64,000 nucleotides of DNA from Paraspadella gotoi (Eukaryota > Animalia > Chaetognatha): the NCBI GenBank assembly GCA_051294375.1, contig CM119267.1:367523-431522 (forward strand). The letters are read 5' to 3'. This document shows, one piece after another, positions 14,101-27,192 of this stretch (the stretch's first letter is position 1; every line of letters starts with the position of its first letter). The notes below the pieces were generated by a model. The model ran no database searches, was not told where the DNA came from, and saw only the letters and a program-made list of their open reading frames with translations. A program made the translations under genes and the position numbers.

Positions 14101-15300
14101 GGTATCATCTCCCTGAACTCCAAGACCCATATCGGCCAAATAAAGCTTTTACAGTCGACTTCTCCTCCATAGTTAAAATTGGAGGAAATGGTTGTGACCC
14201 GTCTACAGTACCTGATAAAATGAGAGTCTTTGCCTTAGACTCAACAGATCTTACCATTGAAAAACCATCTTACGTTTGTTCAAATACAACGTCCAAAACG
14301 TTCTATACTAGAAATTTTTATAAAAGAAAGGAGTCACAGACACACTTGTACTTGGTCGATAAGGACTACCTAATTGAACTCGATGAAAATCATGAAATTA
14401 TTGGCACTTGCTCTGCCTCAAACACATTTAAACTGATGGCTATAAAATACTACTCACCAGGATGCACAGATAATTAAAGGAACAAATTAGACAATTGCAT
14501 GTCTGTTATTAGTTTAATATTAAACAGACTATTAAAGAGGCGCCCTCTAAGCATGCTCCCTGCGGCCTCGCAGATGCTCTCTTCTGATCCTTTTGGGCCC
14601 TCTGCTAGATCTTCAGGAGCTTGGCGTTCCTCCGCCTGTTACGTAATGAGTATGGAGATCATTTTTCGGAGGGGAATGTTTTTTGTTTCCCACTCGGAAG
14701 TGCCTCTTCCGGAAGAGGAGCAAGTTTCTTAAAACTATTCGAATCTCATGGTTCTTTGGGATTGTGTAGTAGTAGATGGAAAATGTGTTACACAAAGGAA
14801 CATCGATCGTAAATTCTCGATGCCTCGGGCGTAAAGTGAGACAAAGTAACTATACTAGCAAGCATCAAGCTTATTCGAACGACTCAATCAAATTTGCTTG
14901 ATTCGTATTTTAAAACTATTAGATAATGAACCAAAACTTTGCCAAATTGGGCAAAGTATTTGAAAAGGTGGAGTTCAAATTAAAATGAACTCTTCGATCT
15001 CTCTTAACGGCCGAAGTCCATTTTCAAGTACTCGACCGTCACCCGACTGAAAATGTTTATCTCCGGATCTGGATATGTTCGAAGGGAAAAACTCCCGTTC
15101 GAAGATGAGTTTCGAATCAGCTGCTTAAAAATGCATAAGAAATTCGGCTAGCTGCGTTTACGCGAATCTTGTCTCTTACAAAATTATGCGAAACCCGTCA
15201 GATAATAAAGGCATTGAAAATGGAAATGAAATTGTTTTTCGTAACGGATGTCTTTGCGGTGAACATGAAAATAAAAAAAATTACAACAGAAAGTTGTTAC
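11150..15300 (+). mobile_element. Ty3/Gypsy-type LTR retrotransposon pol remnant (RT - RNase H - integrase), frameshifted; LTRs not identified
   Basis: DCSNYFWQLPI..SAF and MKSAP (RT, 12364-12561); FT(D)ASKNALGSVLCQ..QYFSR..IYLKELF (RNase H, ~13060-13260); SDPFGP, VVVDG, ERLNQ (~14878), W.KYL and GRSPF (integrase). The 5' boundary is uncertain. Confidence 0.8.
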
Positions 15301-18300
15301 CGCTTATCAAGTTTCTAGATCGAGTGGGCAACAGGAATTTATAAATTAAAACATTATAAATAATGATGTTTTATTGTTGCCTATTTGCCAATTAATTCGA
15401 TCAACATCTCACTTCAGAACAAGCAAGAGATTGATTCGGGAAAATACAATAAATAATTTTACCTTTTGTTTATTTTTTGCCAGACTTCTTTCGGGGCAAG
15501 GAAACACCGGTTTCGCGTCAACTTGGGGTTGTACGAATGCCTATTGCGTCCATTGGCCGCACTCGCACGGTTCTTTGAGACTTCACTCCTTCCTTCGATG
15601 GTGGACAACGACGTCTGTCTTCTGGCGCGACGTTTCCGACATTTTGTCGAAATCCTGCGTAATAACCACGCAGCAGAGTATAAAGCTATCTACTTCTCGG
15701 TGGTGGTTAATGATTTTAAGCAATAGACTTGGATTCCGTTAATATTTAGAGAAATTTAAAAGAAGTAGTTCAAATTAGCGGGACAATCTTTTCCGCATGG
15801 TTCCCATAGTTACTATGTCACTAATTCCACGATACAAAATTTTGGAATGGGCAAAGCTTCATCGAAGCTGGTCGTCGCTAGTAGATAGTCTACTCCGAAA
15901 CTCTTTCACGAGTCTCACACTGCCACGTCAAACCACAGTTGTTTCCTTATCCAAGAAGTTCGGGTACAGCCTTTAGCGCGCAGCTGTACGAGCGGGACGC
16001 CGCTTCATTCTGAACCCTGGAGTAGCGATCTTTTGCGAAAATCTTGACTGGCTGGGTTGAATCTCTTGAGTCTGATGACTTCTCGCCTAAATATGTATCG
16101 GTTTTGGGTGACGATAAGAAATTTCATTTCTTGTTAAATGATCATTTTATGAATTTTTAGAGGCGTGTGTTATGTATAGTATACAGATTTAAATAAAAAT
16201 TTCATTATTCAAAAACTAAATAAACAATAGACCTTTCGAGATTTAATTTTACAATAAATCCTGGATTCAATTCCAATCATGTTCGATTGCCTTTGTTTAA
16301 CATTGTTTCCTTACGAATTATCGATGACGAACCCGATTTCGTGCACTTCGGTATGAGCGATGGCTTGAGTTTTGGAACGGAGGAAGACCCTCTGTCCCAA
16401 GCAGCAACAGATTGGAACGCAAAGATGGAATTTGCTGTCTCAACTGAAATTGATAAAAACCAATATATTAATCAACCTTATTACTATTCTCTTATTATAT
16501 AAAAACAATATTAAGCCAATTGTTCCTATACTTTGTGAGATTTTTACTCATCAAATTAATCAATTGTTTACTCACCACAATGTTGAAAACTGAGAACTAC
16601 CCATCGGATCGCCAGTAGTGCTGAGCACGTCGATAGTGACGCGACGGACCATGAAGACCCATCGTTGATCGGGTTTGACACGTTCCCAGACTGCCATGCC
16701 GATTCACTTCGATCAAACAGCGATGACCAGCTGTCCAACCAGTTGGTGAGCAATTTCTAATGGGCTGGCGTGACCTAAAATAAAATATAAAATCAATTAA
16801 TAAGAAAACTAATAAAAACAGATATAAATATTACATTAAAACACGCTTTAAGTTTGGTAGAGAAACTTATAAAAAAAAAATATTTTTTAACATAACTAAC
16901 TTTTTACGGGCGCATCTCGATATCGTCTCCAGGCTCAGACCCCGGTGTATGTTCCAAACACACCTGGCGTTTGAACCACGGCATGACGCAACGCCAGGGT
17001 GAAGGCTTCCACCCAAATCTTCACCCGGAAACGTAAAACCAAAAAACTGAAAAAAAGTCATACGCTACAGCCGCTCCCAATAGAAACAAAAAGGTTTCTC
17101 TACGAATCCCAAGGCGTGGACCTTTGACCGCCTCGCCGACTCGAGGACCGAATCGGAGACACGGTCGAAAGGTTGCGGTTAAAAAGACCGCCGTTCCCAT
17201 TTGAGGTCGTCCACTGCTGCACAGGTCCGAATTCGAGAATTGCGGATGACTGCACAGCAAGTTCAGCTTCCCCGCTGAGTCCAGCGTTCTGTGGCGATCG
17301 AAGCAGCGAAGTGGCAAAAGTGATAAATGAAATCATTTTGTTGTTTATTTTTCCTTAAGTTTAGAGAAATTATGAAAATTCTTAGTTCTATTCTAATTTC
17401 GTGCTGTCGAAAGCGAGAAATAATTTAATTCTTGTTTACCATTTTGGTTTCGAGTTTTTGGCGGAGATATCTTTATTCGATTTGTGGAAGTTCGATTGAA
17501 CGAATATCCTTTCGTTTCGCTTTAATAGTTAGCAATGACGATTGGAATTCAGAGCCCGAGCTAGTCCAGGTTGTTAGGAGACGTGTAATCTCTTCTCCTC
17601 TTCTCTCTTTTCCTCTCCCTATTTTCCTCTCTCTCTCCCTCTCTCCCTCCCTCTCTTTGGCTCTGGACAGGAGAGAGAGCCTCTCCCCCTGACATACTCG
17701 TCTGGTCCGGCGCCGGTGAAGGAGGCGTGGTTGCACGTTTCCGGCCAAAGACGCGGAAAATTAACGCGAAAATTATGAGGCGCTCTTCGGTCGTTGTTGT
17801 CGTTGTCGTTGTTGTTGTTGTCGTTTTGTTGTCGTTGTTTCATATAATTTGATTAAGTGTTTAGCTTCGACGCCCTAATTAGGTCTTCGCGATTCTTAAT
17901 GCTCTTTCGTTGTTGCTTGGTTGAGGTTTATCAGTGGGAAAAAGTATGAGGGAGGGAGAGAGGGAGGGGAGGAAGAGGAGGAGGAAACAGAAGGTGGAGG
18001 ACGGAGTAGAGAAGTGGGAGGGAGCAGGAGGGCAGGAGAAGGGCGTGATGTGAGAGGAGAGCGATGGCGGAGGAACGAGGAGTGGGTGGGGAGAAAAGAA
18101 GAGAGGAGAGGAGGAACGGAAGAAAGAGGAGAGGAGATAGAAGAGGAGGAAGAAGAGGAAGGAAGAGAGGGAGGAGGGGAGCGGAAAAAGAACGACGGCG
18201 GGAGGAGGAATGGGGGAAGTGAGGAGAAGGTTGGGGTGGAGAAGAAGGATTCGAGAGTAGAGAGTGGGAGGGCGTGCAGAAGGGCGAGGGAATCAAGGGA

Positions 18301-18885
18301 GAGCAGAGACGAGGGGCGAGACAGAGGGAGGAAGGGGAGAGAGAAAGGGAGCGTGAGGACAGGAGGGAGGAATGGTGGACAGAGAGGAGGAAGAGGAGGC
18401 GAGGAGGGAGGAAGAGAGGAAGGGCGAGGGAGGAAGGGAGAGAGGGAGAAGGGAAGGAACATTAGGGAGGAAGGGAAGGAGGGAAGAGGAAAGAGAGGAA
18501 GGCGAGGGGAGGAAGGGCAGAGGAGAGAAGAGGGAAGGGGAGGAGAGGGAGAGCAGGAGAAAAGTGGAGGTGAGAGGAGAAGGGAAGGAGAGAGGGAGGA
18601 AGGGAGAAGAGAAAGAGGAAGAAGGGAGGAAGGGAAGGAGAGAGGAGGAAGGGGAGAGAGTGAAGGGAAGGGAGAGAGGGAGGAAGGGGAGGAAGTCCAC
18701 TTCTATCGCCTCTAATGGATGAAGACGTAAAGTCGTCATAGATTTACATCAAATTTTTTTTCCTTTTTTTTTTCTGGCGACCGAAACGAGAAGATGAGGA
18801 GGTGAATGTTAATTATTGATAATGAAATTAAATAAAATTACAATTAGCCGGAAAACGGGGGGAAAAAGCGTCGTTATACTAATGA

Positions 18886-19165
18886 TCGCGGATCAACTCT
18901 ATAAATTACTTTTCGGTCGGTCTGTCTTTCGGCCGGTCGGTGGGCGGGAAAAGTCCTCAAATCTAAGGGACTCCTCGCGCCGCCTTCAGCAAATCATGAA
19001 ACTATAAAGAGTAAAAGACGGAATTTCGATGCAGTGCCTGTCATAAATAAACGAGCGAAAAAAGTTATTGTAGTCATGTCATGTCATGTAGTCATGTGAT
19101 CTCAGGGAAATAAACGTGAAAATACTGTCGCTGCGGCGCAACACATTGGATGAACCTATTTTGTT
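18886..19165 (+). mobile_element. DINE-1/HINE-like (Helentron-associated) element, family H1, 5'-truncated
   Basis: Shares GTCGGTC microsatellite, GTCATGTCATG block and 3' GCGGCGCAAC with the copies at 26946, 34677 and 56667. Confidence 0.6.
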
Positions 19166-19439
19166 CAATGATGTATCACGTTGTATCTTCCCCGGTTGAA
19201 TGCGTCCAGAAACACAAGAGACCAAATTGTTATCAGTATCTAACTTGTTACTAATTTAATTCAATTCCTTGAACTTAATCGTTAATTATTATGTAACTGG
19301 GCTAACTGTACTTGACTGGAAAAAAGTCGAGAATGACAAATCATTAAATCGAAAATGAGCAAACAATTCCGTATCTGCTCACGATGATCAGATGATCTGG
19401 TTTTTGTTTTTTTTTCATTAAAACTCTTTTCCACTCAAA

Positions 19440-19683
19440 CGATTCCATCAAAACTTGATCTCCAGCTCAATCACCCATTTCCTCACCCACACACAAAATT
19501 TTCTCACCCACACACAAAATTTCAAGTCATTCGCGTGATCCACTCATGAGTTCAAAGCTGAGCCGAGACAACTGACAAACAGACGGACGGATCTGATCTA
19601 AGTAACTTACCGATAAGATTTAGGGGTAGGAGACAAATTAAATCATAGAGGCAGGAATCTGCTACAAGCAGATCCGGCTAAAA
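19440..19683 (-). mobile_element. DINE-1/HINE-like element, family H2
   Basis: 5' hairpin GCCGGATCTGC-TTGTA-GCAGATTC on the minus strand, GTCY repeat; homologous to 25738, 30361 and 39868. Confidence 0.6.
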
Positions 19684-20095
19684 AGATTAAATGACAAATG
19701 AAATTTCGCTTTTTCTAGTCTCCTCTCCTTTTTATTAATTTTAAAAAAAACGGAGAACCATAAAATTGAAATCGGACGTGTTTCCAATTCAGGGATCGAA
19801 AGCGGACAATTGGCGGTGATATTGTTCAAGTGTGCATAACAAAGGCTTTCTAACTTTAATACCAAATATCAAATCATGCAGTACTAATTTATAGTAATAA
19901 TTTATTAAAGGTGTCATTGTCTTCTTGCAATACGGAGTTTTACAATGCTGTGTGTCAAGGTAACTTCGTCCCATAAAAATTAGGCAGTTCTCTTTCCTTG
20001 ATGAAGAAAAAAAAGGGGAAAAAAAAGAAAAGAAAAGAAAAGAAAAAAATTCCAGATCTCTTCACGCAGGAATCGGCAAGAACGGTCAAGGACGG

Positions 20096-20208
<113 letters not shown>

Positions 20209-20680
20209 CAGTTGGATTCGCCTTTTGCCACCGACGTAATTCTAGTTGAGATGAGAAATATTACTCGAATAACAAAAAATAAAAAGTTCATTGCTAATCT
20301 TAAGTAATATCAATTATGTTAATAGTTTTTTATAAACCCCATCAGATTTTTTTTTAAATTTAACTCAGTTGATTCAATTTTTTGTGTGGAATTCGTAAAA
20401 AAAAAATTTAAATGAAAAAATTTTTTAATGAATTTGACGTCAATGAAAAATATTCCTTTTTTATTAATTTTTTTTGAAAAAAAATTCAAACTTTGAAAAT
20501 TTTTTTTTTTATTCGTACATTTTTAATTCTTCGCATTTTTTGCTAAGAATCTCTAACTCGAAATTTATTCAGTAGTTTACTTATTTTTTCTCTACTCTTT
20601 TTTTAAATTTCTTTTTTACCTTTTTCCTTTATTCTCCTTTTTTTCTTTTTTCTTTTCCTTTCCTTATACTTCTTTCCTCT

Positions 20681-20940
20681 GTGGATAAGGCTCTAAGTAT
20701 GCTGAAGATGACTATACGCAACTTTTTTAACCCTTCTAGAAGCCATGGAACGGTTCCTGGGTTTGGAACCAGGCTTGAGGGTTTTCCAGTCCCCCAAGGC
20801 GGGTTACGGGCGTCCTCACGCTTCCCGCAGGGTAGGAACCTGGTACCTAGAGGTCATGAGCTGATGGCTTTACCCAATGAGCCACCGGGTCACGACCGAA
20901 GGTGTCATGCTTATAGGCGGTGTGAAGTTATGCGATGCCC
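20681..20940 (-). mobile_element. Family A tRNA-derived SINE-like element with embedded type-P5 twister-like ribozyme (20750-20828)
   Basis: Minus strand: GGTGGCTCATTGG A-box head, then GCGG-GAA-GCGT-GAGGA-CGCCCG-TAA-CCC-GC-P3-CCTGG-TTCCAAAC-CCAGG-AA-CCGT; ends TTATCCAC; four homologous copies in the window. Confidence 0.75.
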
Positions 20941-23910
20941 GACTACACCTGCTTTTTTCACTTTTTCTTTCCTTTTACTTCTTTCCTCCTTTTTTCACTT
21001 TTTCTTTCCTTCTTTCCTTTTTCTTTCCTTTTTCTTCTTTCCTCCTTTTTTCACTTTTTATTTTCTTCTTTCCTTTTTCTTCTTTCCTCCTTTTTTCACT
21101 TTTTATTTTCTTCTTTCCTTTTTCTTTCCTTTTTCTTCTTTCCTCCTTTTTTCACTACTACGTGGGACGGCGGTGATTTCACGTTCAGCCTCTGAAAAAA
21201 AATCGCGGAGAGGGAATCATTACTGAAATGTGAGAAGGTGGGAGAAAGAGACAGAGAGAGAGAGAGTGGGAGAGACGAGTGGCGAGAAGCAGAGAGAGAC
21301 GTTGAGAGAAAGAGTGGAGAGAGAAGGNNNNNNNNNNNNNNNNNNNNNNNNNNNNNNNNNNNNNNNNNNNNNNNNNNNNNNNNNNNNNNNNNNNNNNNNN
21401 NNNNNNNNNNNNNNNNNNNNNNNNNNNNNNNNNNNGGAGAGAGAGAGGGAGAAAGGGAGAGAGAAAGAGTGTTAGAGAGAGAGAGAGGGAGACGGATGAA
21501 AGAGGATAAAACCCATTGGAGGAGGAAGAAGAGGAGAGAGACTAAACTAGAGGGCGCGCCTGAGAATTTTAAATTATCCCGCGAAAATTTGAATTTCAAT
21601 TCTCGACGTCGAGAAAAAAAGTGTGGGAAGCAAAAGGAAAGAAGGAGGAAGAGGAGGAAGAGGAGGNNNNNNNNNNNNNNNNNNNNNNNNNNNNNNNNNN
21701 NNNNNNNNNNNNNNNNNNNNNNNNNNNNNNNNNNNNNNNNNNNNNNNNNNNNNNNNNNNNNNNNNNNNNNNNNNNNNNNNNNNNNNNNNNNNNNNNNNNN
21801 NNNNNNNNNNNNNNNNNNNNNNNNNNNNNNNNNNNNNNNNNNNNNNNNNNNNNAGGAGGAAGAAGAGGAGGAGGAGGAAGAGGAGGAGAAAGAGGAGGAT
21901 GGAGAGGATGAGGAGGAAGAGAAGGAAGAAGATGAGGAAGTTAATATCGAAGGCGATGAGTAAAACTATTAAGCAAGAAGATTTCAAAGGCGGAAAAGGA
22001 TTTTTTCCCACCAAAACTGATATCGACATAAATGAGTTTACGTCTTTTTTTGAACTCATCTCTGACCCATTTGACCTATGACGTTTGACCTCTGATTCAC
22101 TGACCTTTGACAATTTAACTTTCTGACATCTGATTCATTGACCACTGACGTTTGTCCTTATTATACAATATTTTTTTATTTAATCGAAAAGATAAGTGAG
22201 TCTGAAAATAATAAGAAATCTGAGGAAGGAAGGGAAAGGTCGATGTTTCGTGGCCGGATTAGATAGCAGACAAGCCCTGCCAAATTATGGAAGAAACGTG
22301 AGAGAATAATAAACTGACATTTTGAGAGCGAGGCTTTCTTAATCTAGTTGTTGTTGTTGTTGGTGGTGTTGGTGTTGTTGTTGTTGTTGTTGTTGTTTTC
22401 AATCTTTTGGCTTTTTACGCTCTCCTTTTCTATTTCTCTTCTTTCTCTCAAGCTCTCTCTCTCTCTCTCTCTCNNNNNNNNNNNNNNNNNNNNNNNNNNN
22501 NNNNNNNNNNNNNNNNNNNNNNNNNNNNNNNNNNNNNNNNNNNNNNNNNNNNNNNNNNNNNNNNNNNNNNNNNNNNNNNNNNNNNNNNNNNNNNNNNNNN
22601 NNNNNNNNNNNNNNNNNNNNNNNNNNNNNNNNNNNNNNNNNNNNNNNNNNNNNNNNNNNNNNNNNNNNNNNNNNNNNNNNNNNNNNNNNNNNNNNNNNNN
22701 NNNNNNNNNNNNNNNNNNNNNNNNNNNNNNNNNNNNNNNNNNNNNNNNNNNNNNNNNNNNNNNNNNNNNNNNNNNNNNNNNNNNNNNNNNNNNNNNNNNN
22801 NNNNNNNNNNNNNNNNNNNNNNNNNNNNNNNNNNNNNNNNNNNNNNNNNNNNNNNNNNNNNNNNNNNNNNNNNNNNNNNNNTCTCTCTTTCAATTTCTTT
22901 CTATAATTGACGAACTACATATCAGAACTAGTAAGTAGCAACTCCAATTATCAGAAAAATCAAAATATGTATGAAAGATTTTGTGACCTCGCGTCCGGTC
23001 ATTTTTCCCTGGTCATTTAGTTGACCTTTTCAGTCCAGTCTTTTCTCCTTGCTCCATGTTAAAGTCAGTTCAACCTCCGACCGACGAATCGAAAGAGCGA
23101 CCCTCGAGGAATAGAAAATAATAAACATTTCCTACAATGTATTTTATATGACCGTTTATATACAAATATTGAGATAAGGAGAAGAGGAAGAGGAGGAGGA
23201 GGAGGAGGAGAAGAAGAAGGAGGAAGAGGAAGAGGAGGAGGAGGAAAAACGAAGTACTTAATGTCTCATATGAATCGCTAATGACAGAAAATTCAGGTTT
23301 TTTTTCAATTCTTTACCTGAAAAAAAAATAAGTTTTTTGAGGGAAAAACCAAAAGAAAAAAGTTTTACTTGTGAAAACCCAATCACTCCATGGGAATTTA
23401 TTAACAGACGACCCGACGGACTCGATGACGATGACGACGACAACAGACCGACCGGGAAGACGACGACGGACGACGAAGGTCAACTTTTGAAATCAGGAAG
23501 AAAAAAGAATTCTCATCGGCTGGGATAAAAGGGAAGAGAGAGAGAGTGTTGAGAGAGAGACGATGAGATGGAGAGAGAGATGAGAGAGGAGAGGGGGGGT
23601 GGTTCTGCTTCATTTATTTTTTCATTTTCTCTTTTCTCTCTCTCACCAATTTTAACGATAAACATCTTTTCCTTTCCATTAAACTAATCATAACTAATTG
23701 CTATTTAATAAACACTATTAAAAACCAAGAAACATTACAATTTAAAAAGTTAATTTATAAATAAAACTTTTATAAAAGCATAAAATTGCAATTTAAGATT
23801 ATTGCTTTCACCAGGAAATTCCTTTCCCCGACTCAAACCATAAACCTGAACGCGTGAGAAAGAAAAAATATGGAAACCACGAAAAAAGGGAGGAACGATT
23901 ATGTGCCTTA

Positions 23911-23958
<48 letters not shown>

Positions 23959-24030
23959 CAAACATTTTTAACGTCGAAAAACCAAGAACTTAGCAAGCAG
24001 GTAGTAAACTAGAATACAAGAATTTCATAT

Positions 24031-24353
24031 GTGGATATGGACAAATCGATAAGTGGCCTGAAAATGACGTCAAATAAATATTAAATTTAACCTGTGCATG
24101 CGAAGTCCTGACAACAGACTTCAGTAACTTATCTAGCCCCTTCTAACGTCCATGGAACGGGTCCTTGGCTTGGAACCAGGTTTGGGAGGTGGCAATGCCC
24201 CCGAGGAGGTCGACGGCCGTCCTCACGCTTCTCATAGAGCAAGTAACGGGTTCGAAGCGAAAGCGGTACCATGTGGTCACAAGCTGATGACTGTACTCAA
24301 GGTCACGACTGAGGGAATGATAATTATTTTCGTGATTAAACTCAGCTATGCCC
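24031..24353 (-). mobile_element. Family A SINE-like element, degenerate twister (24157-24235)
   Basis: Minus strand GCGT-GAGGA-CGGCCG-TCG-ACC...CCTGG-TTCCAAGC-CAAGG; the UAA cleavage motif is mutated. Confidence 0.7.
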
Positions 24354-25366
24354 GCTATATGGAAAGCAAATAATTCAGCCTTGTCACACGACCGTGACAA
24401 TATTGTGTGGCAGCGAAGACAATCGTTTTAAAAACCGTCGGGGTACTAACGTGACACTTGCTTGACATCCTCCCGCCGTTTACCAAGAATCTGCCAACCA
24501 GAGATTCCAGAAAAAAAAACAATATTTTGACATTTTCTTTCTCGTTTGAGTTTTCTTGCTGCAACTGGCATCGACTCGCGTCAATGGGACAACTTTGTCT
24601 TTTTTGTCAAAAAGGAGGTACTATTTTTCGAAAGAGCCCAATTTCTGTTTCTAATCCCTGAATTAATTTTAATCAATGTTATCTAACTTTATAAAATATT
24701 TAACCCAATCCCTAACCCAAATCCCTAATCTTATCCCATTACCCTAATCACTGACTCTAATCCTTAAACTAACCCCTATCCTTAATCCATAAGGTTATGG
24801 ATTAATTACTTAGTAATTTTGAATTTAAACGGACATTGGGGTGGCTTTTGAAAAATATGATTAAAAAGGCCAAAAATTGGATGATGGACTTGAGCAGATG
24901 ACAATGGAAGATTGCAACAAAAAAAAACAATATTTCCAGATTTAATATGTCTTTTTTAATTTCGAAACAAATTTCAGCTGTCAATATCAGATATTTTTTG
25001 ATCGTTAAAATTCGTTTAAATGTTTTCCTTTTTTTGATATTTTAATCTTCGTGTTTTTTTTTAAAGCTGAACATCACAGATGGAATCAGAATTCGAGAAT
25101 GGAATCAGATCCGCGACTTCGGTAAAATCCCCCGGAAGCCGGATTGGACCTCCAAGAGAACCGACCAATCACTAGATGGGCTTCATGCCATCGGGAAAAC
25201 CAGCCCGTGTCGATCATCTACTTGATTAAATGTGAACTTTTTAATGGAGAAAAATGGGGATTTCATTTTAGGGAGCGGAGAATGAGAAGGTCAGGAGGAA
25301 GTAAAAAATAATATGTATGTATGTATGAATACTTACAATTGAAACATTCCTTGAAATATTATCCCT

Positions 25367-25538
25367 CTTCATTGATAGGGAAGCCAGGTAATAAACGAGA
25401 CTGTGATAGAGTCTTTGATTGAAAGCTTGCAGGGACCTGCTACTTCATTATCTTGTAAGAGTGATGGAGGCCTTAAGCCACCAAAGCCTGTCCAAAGTCA
25501 GGGGCGAGATAGCTTATTTATTAAATGAATGGATAATT
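25367..25538 (+). mobile_element. Family C dispersed repeat carrying a twister ribozyme
   Basis: Homologous (reverse complement) to 50056-50235, 54192-54375, 58697-58846 and 40981-41070. Confidence 0.75.
25449..25511 (+). ncRNA. Type-P5 twister ribozyme, apparently intact, with palindromic P1
   Basis: P5 TATCTTG/CGAGATA; P2 GAGT/GCC; L1 GATGG; P1 AGGCCT; TAA at 25474-76; T2 AC/GT; C-AAA-G; P4 CCTG/CAGG; L4 TCCAAAGT; T1 CCA/TGG. Confidence 0.8.
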
Positions 25539-25737
25539 TTTATATTGGAGAAGAGAGAAAGGTGAACTGTGAACTCGTGAACGCGGCCCCGAATCCCTGG
25601 GAGGAGGATGAAGAGGAGGTGAATGAGAAGGAGGGGGTAATAGACCCGCGTCTGTCTATCACCTTTTATACTGGGTTGTACCAATTTCATAAAAGACGAA
25701 GACGATTTTAAATGTTTTAAATAAGTTGTGATAACTT

Positions 25738-26010
25738 TTTAACCGAATCTGCTTGAAGCAAATTCCTGCTTTGTCGGTCTGTCGGTCTGTCGGTCCCACC
25801 ATAAAATCTTGTAATTTACTTAAATCATATCAGAACATCGAATTCTGATAAATTATGCATAAAAAAATAGATGTCCGTCCGTCCGTACGTCCGTCCGTAC
25901 GTCGTCCCACTCTTAGCTTTGTACGTAAATTACTCATGAGTGGATCGGGCGATTGACTTGAAATTTTGTGTGTATGTAAAGAAGTGTATGATTTAGCTGG
26001 AAATCAAAAA
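25738..26010 (+). mobile_element. DINE-1/HINE-like element, family H2
   Basis: ACCGAATCTGCTTGAAGCAAATTC 5' hairpin, (GTCGGTCT)n and (GTCC)n, then ACTCATGAGTGGATC...AAATTTTGTGTGT shared with the other copies. Confidence 0.6.
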
Positions 26011-26132
26011 TAATAATAATTTCTAACATTAATTTTTTGATCAAATCTCAAATCTGGGACTTGATACGAAATCTTGGCGCATTTGTGATAGGAGAGTCTG
26101 TCCGTCTGTCCGTCTGTCTTCTCGTCCGTCTC

Positions 26133-26170
<38 letters not shown>

Positions 26171-26229
26171 GAATGTTAAAAATATCTGTAAAGTAATGAG
26201 AACCTAAAGGAACGAACAGCCATAGAAAA

Positions 26230-26287
<58 letters not shown>

Positions 26288-26396
26288 GCGCCGTTCTCCT
26301 CAAGTAACCAGTTTTGAATTAGATGTTGTAGATAAATTATGGCAAAATGCCAAGCGTAATGGGAGCCATTGTCTTTTCCAGCCTCTCTCTCTCTCT

Positions 26397-26438
<42 letters not shown>

Positions 26439-26945
26439 CCCTCTAACTCTTTCTCTCTCTCCCTCTCTCCCCCTTCTCTCAGTAAAGGTGATTCAGCGAG
26501 CGGCAATGCAATCAGTGGCCAGAGATCGCTGAGGGGATTGTTTCCTGATGGTCGAGGGTCGAAATCCTGATGGAAGAGAAGGTGAGTGACTCAGTCAGGC
26601 GATTGCTGTTTGCGGAGGCAAAGAAAATGTGCAATTTACGCCTCATCGTTTCGTTTAATTCTAAATCTATTTTTGTATGTGTACATTATTGATTTTTAAT
26701 TCTTTAAGCTAAGAAATCTCTTTTTGACTTTCCAAGCGACTATTATACGGGTAAGTTATTTTTGTCTTTCTTAAGTAGTAATTTTAATTTGTGCATTTGT
26801 TTCTTACTTGTATAACATATATTTACGTGGGTGGCTGACAATGTGATGGGAAACAGAAACAATTTTATATTTTCTTTCTTTTTTTTTTCTTAGTTTGATA
26901 TTTTCTATTTTTCTTGTTTTCTATCTTTACTTCCTTTTTATTATT

Positions 26946-27192
26946 TCGCCGCGAGTACTCGCGGAGCAACTCTTTAAGTCACTTTTCGGTCGGTCGGTCG
27001 GTATGTCTGTCCGTGATCACAAAGTAAATGCGGCATATTTCTTGTAATGTCGGGTCGTTTGAGTTGAAACTTTGCAGAGAAAAGTTCAACCATAAGACGT
27101 TGGTTATAACTTATACATAAATTTCCTAGTCATGTAGTCACGTGATCACAGGGAAATACATGTGAAAAGAAAATCACTTCGGCGCAACACAT
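26946..27192 (+). mobile_element. DINE-1/HINE-like element, family H1
   Basis: CGCCGCGAGTACTCGCGGAGCAAC 5' hairpin, GTCG/GTCY repeat, 3' CGGCGCAAC subterminal IR. Confidence 0.65.

Noticed and set aside
7860-15300. Programmed frameshifting or a LINE-Gypsy chimeric element
   Set aside because: Indels are too dense and random; adjacency is most simply nested insertion or decay plus sequencing error.
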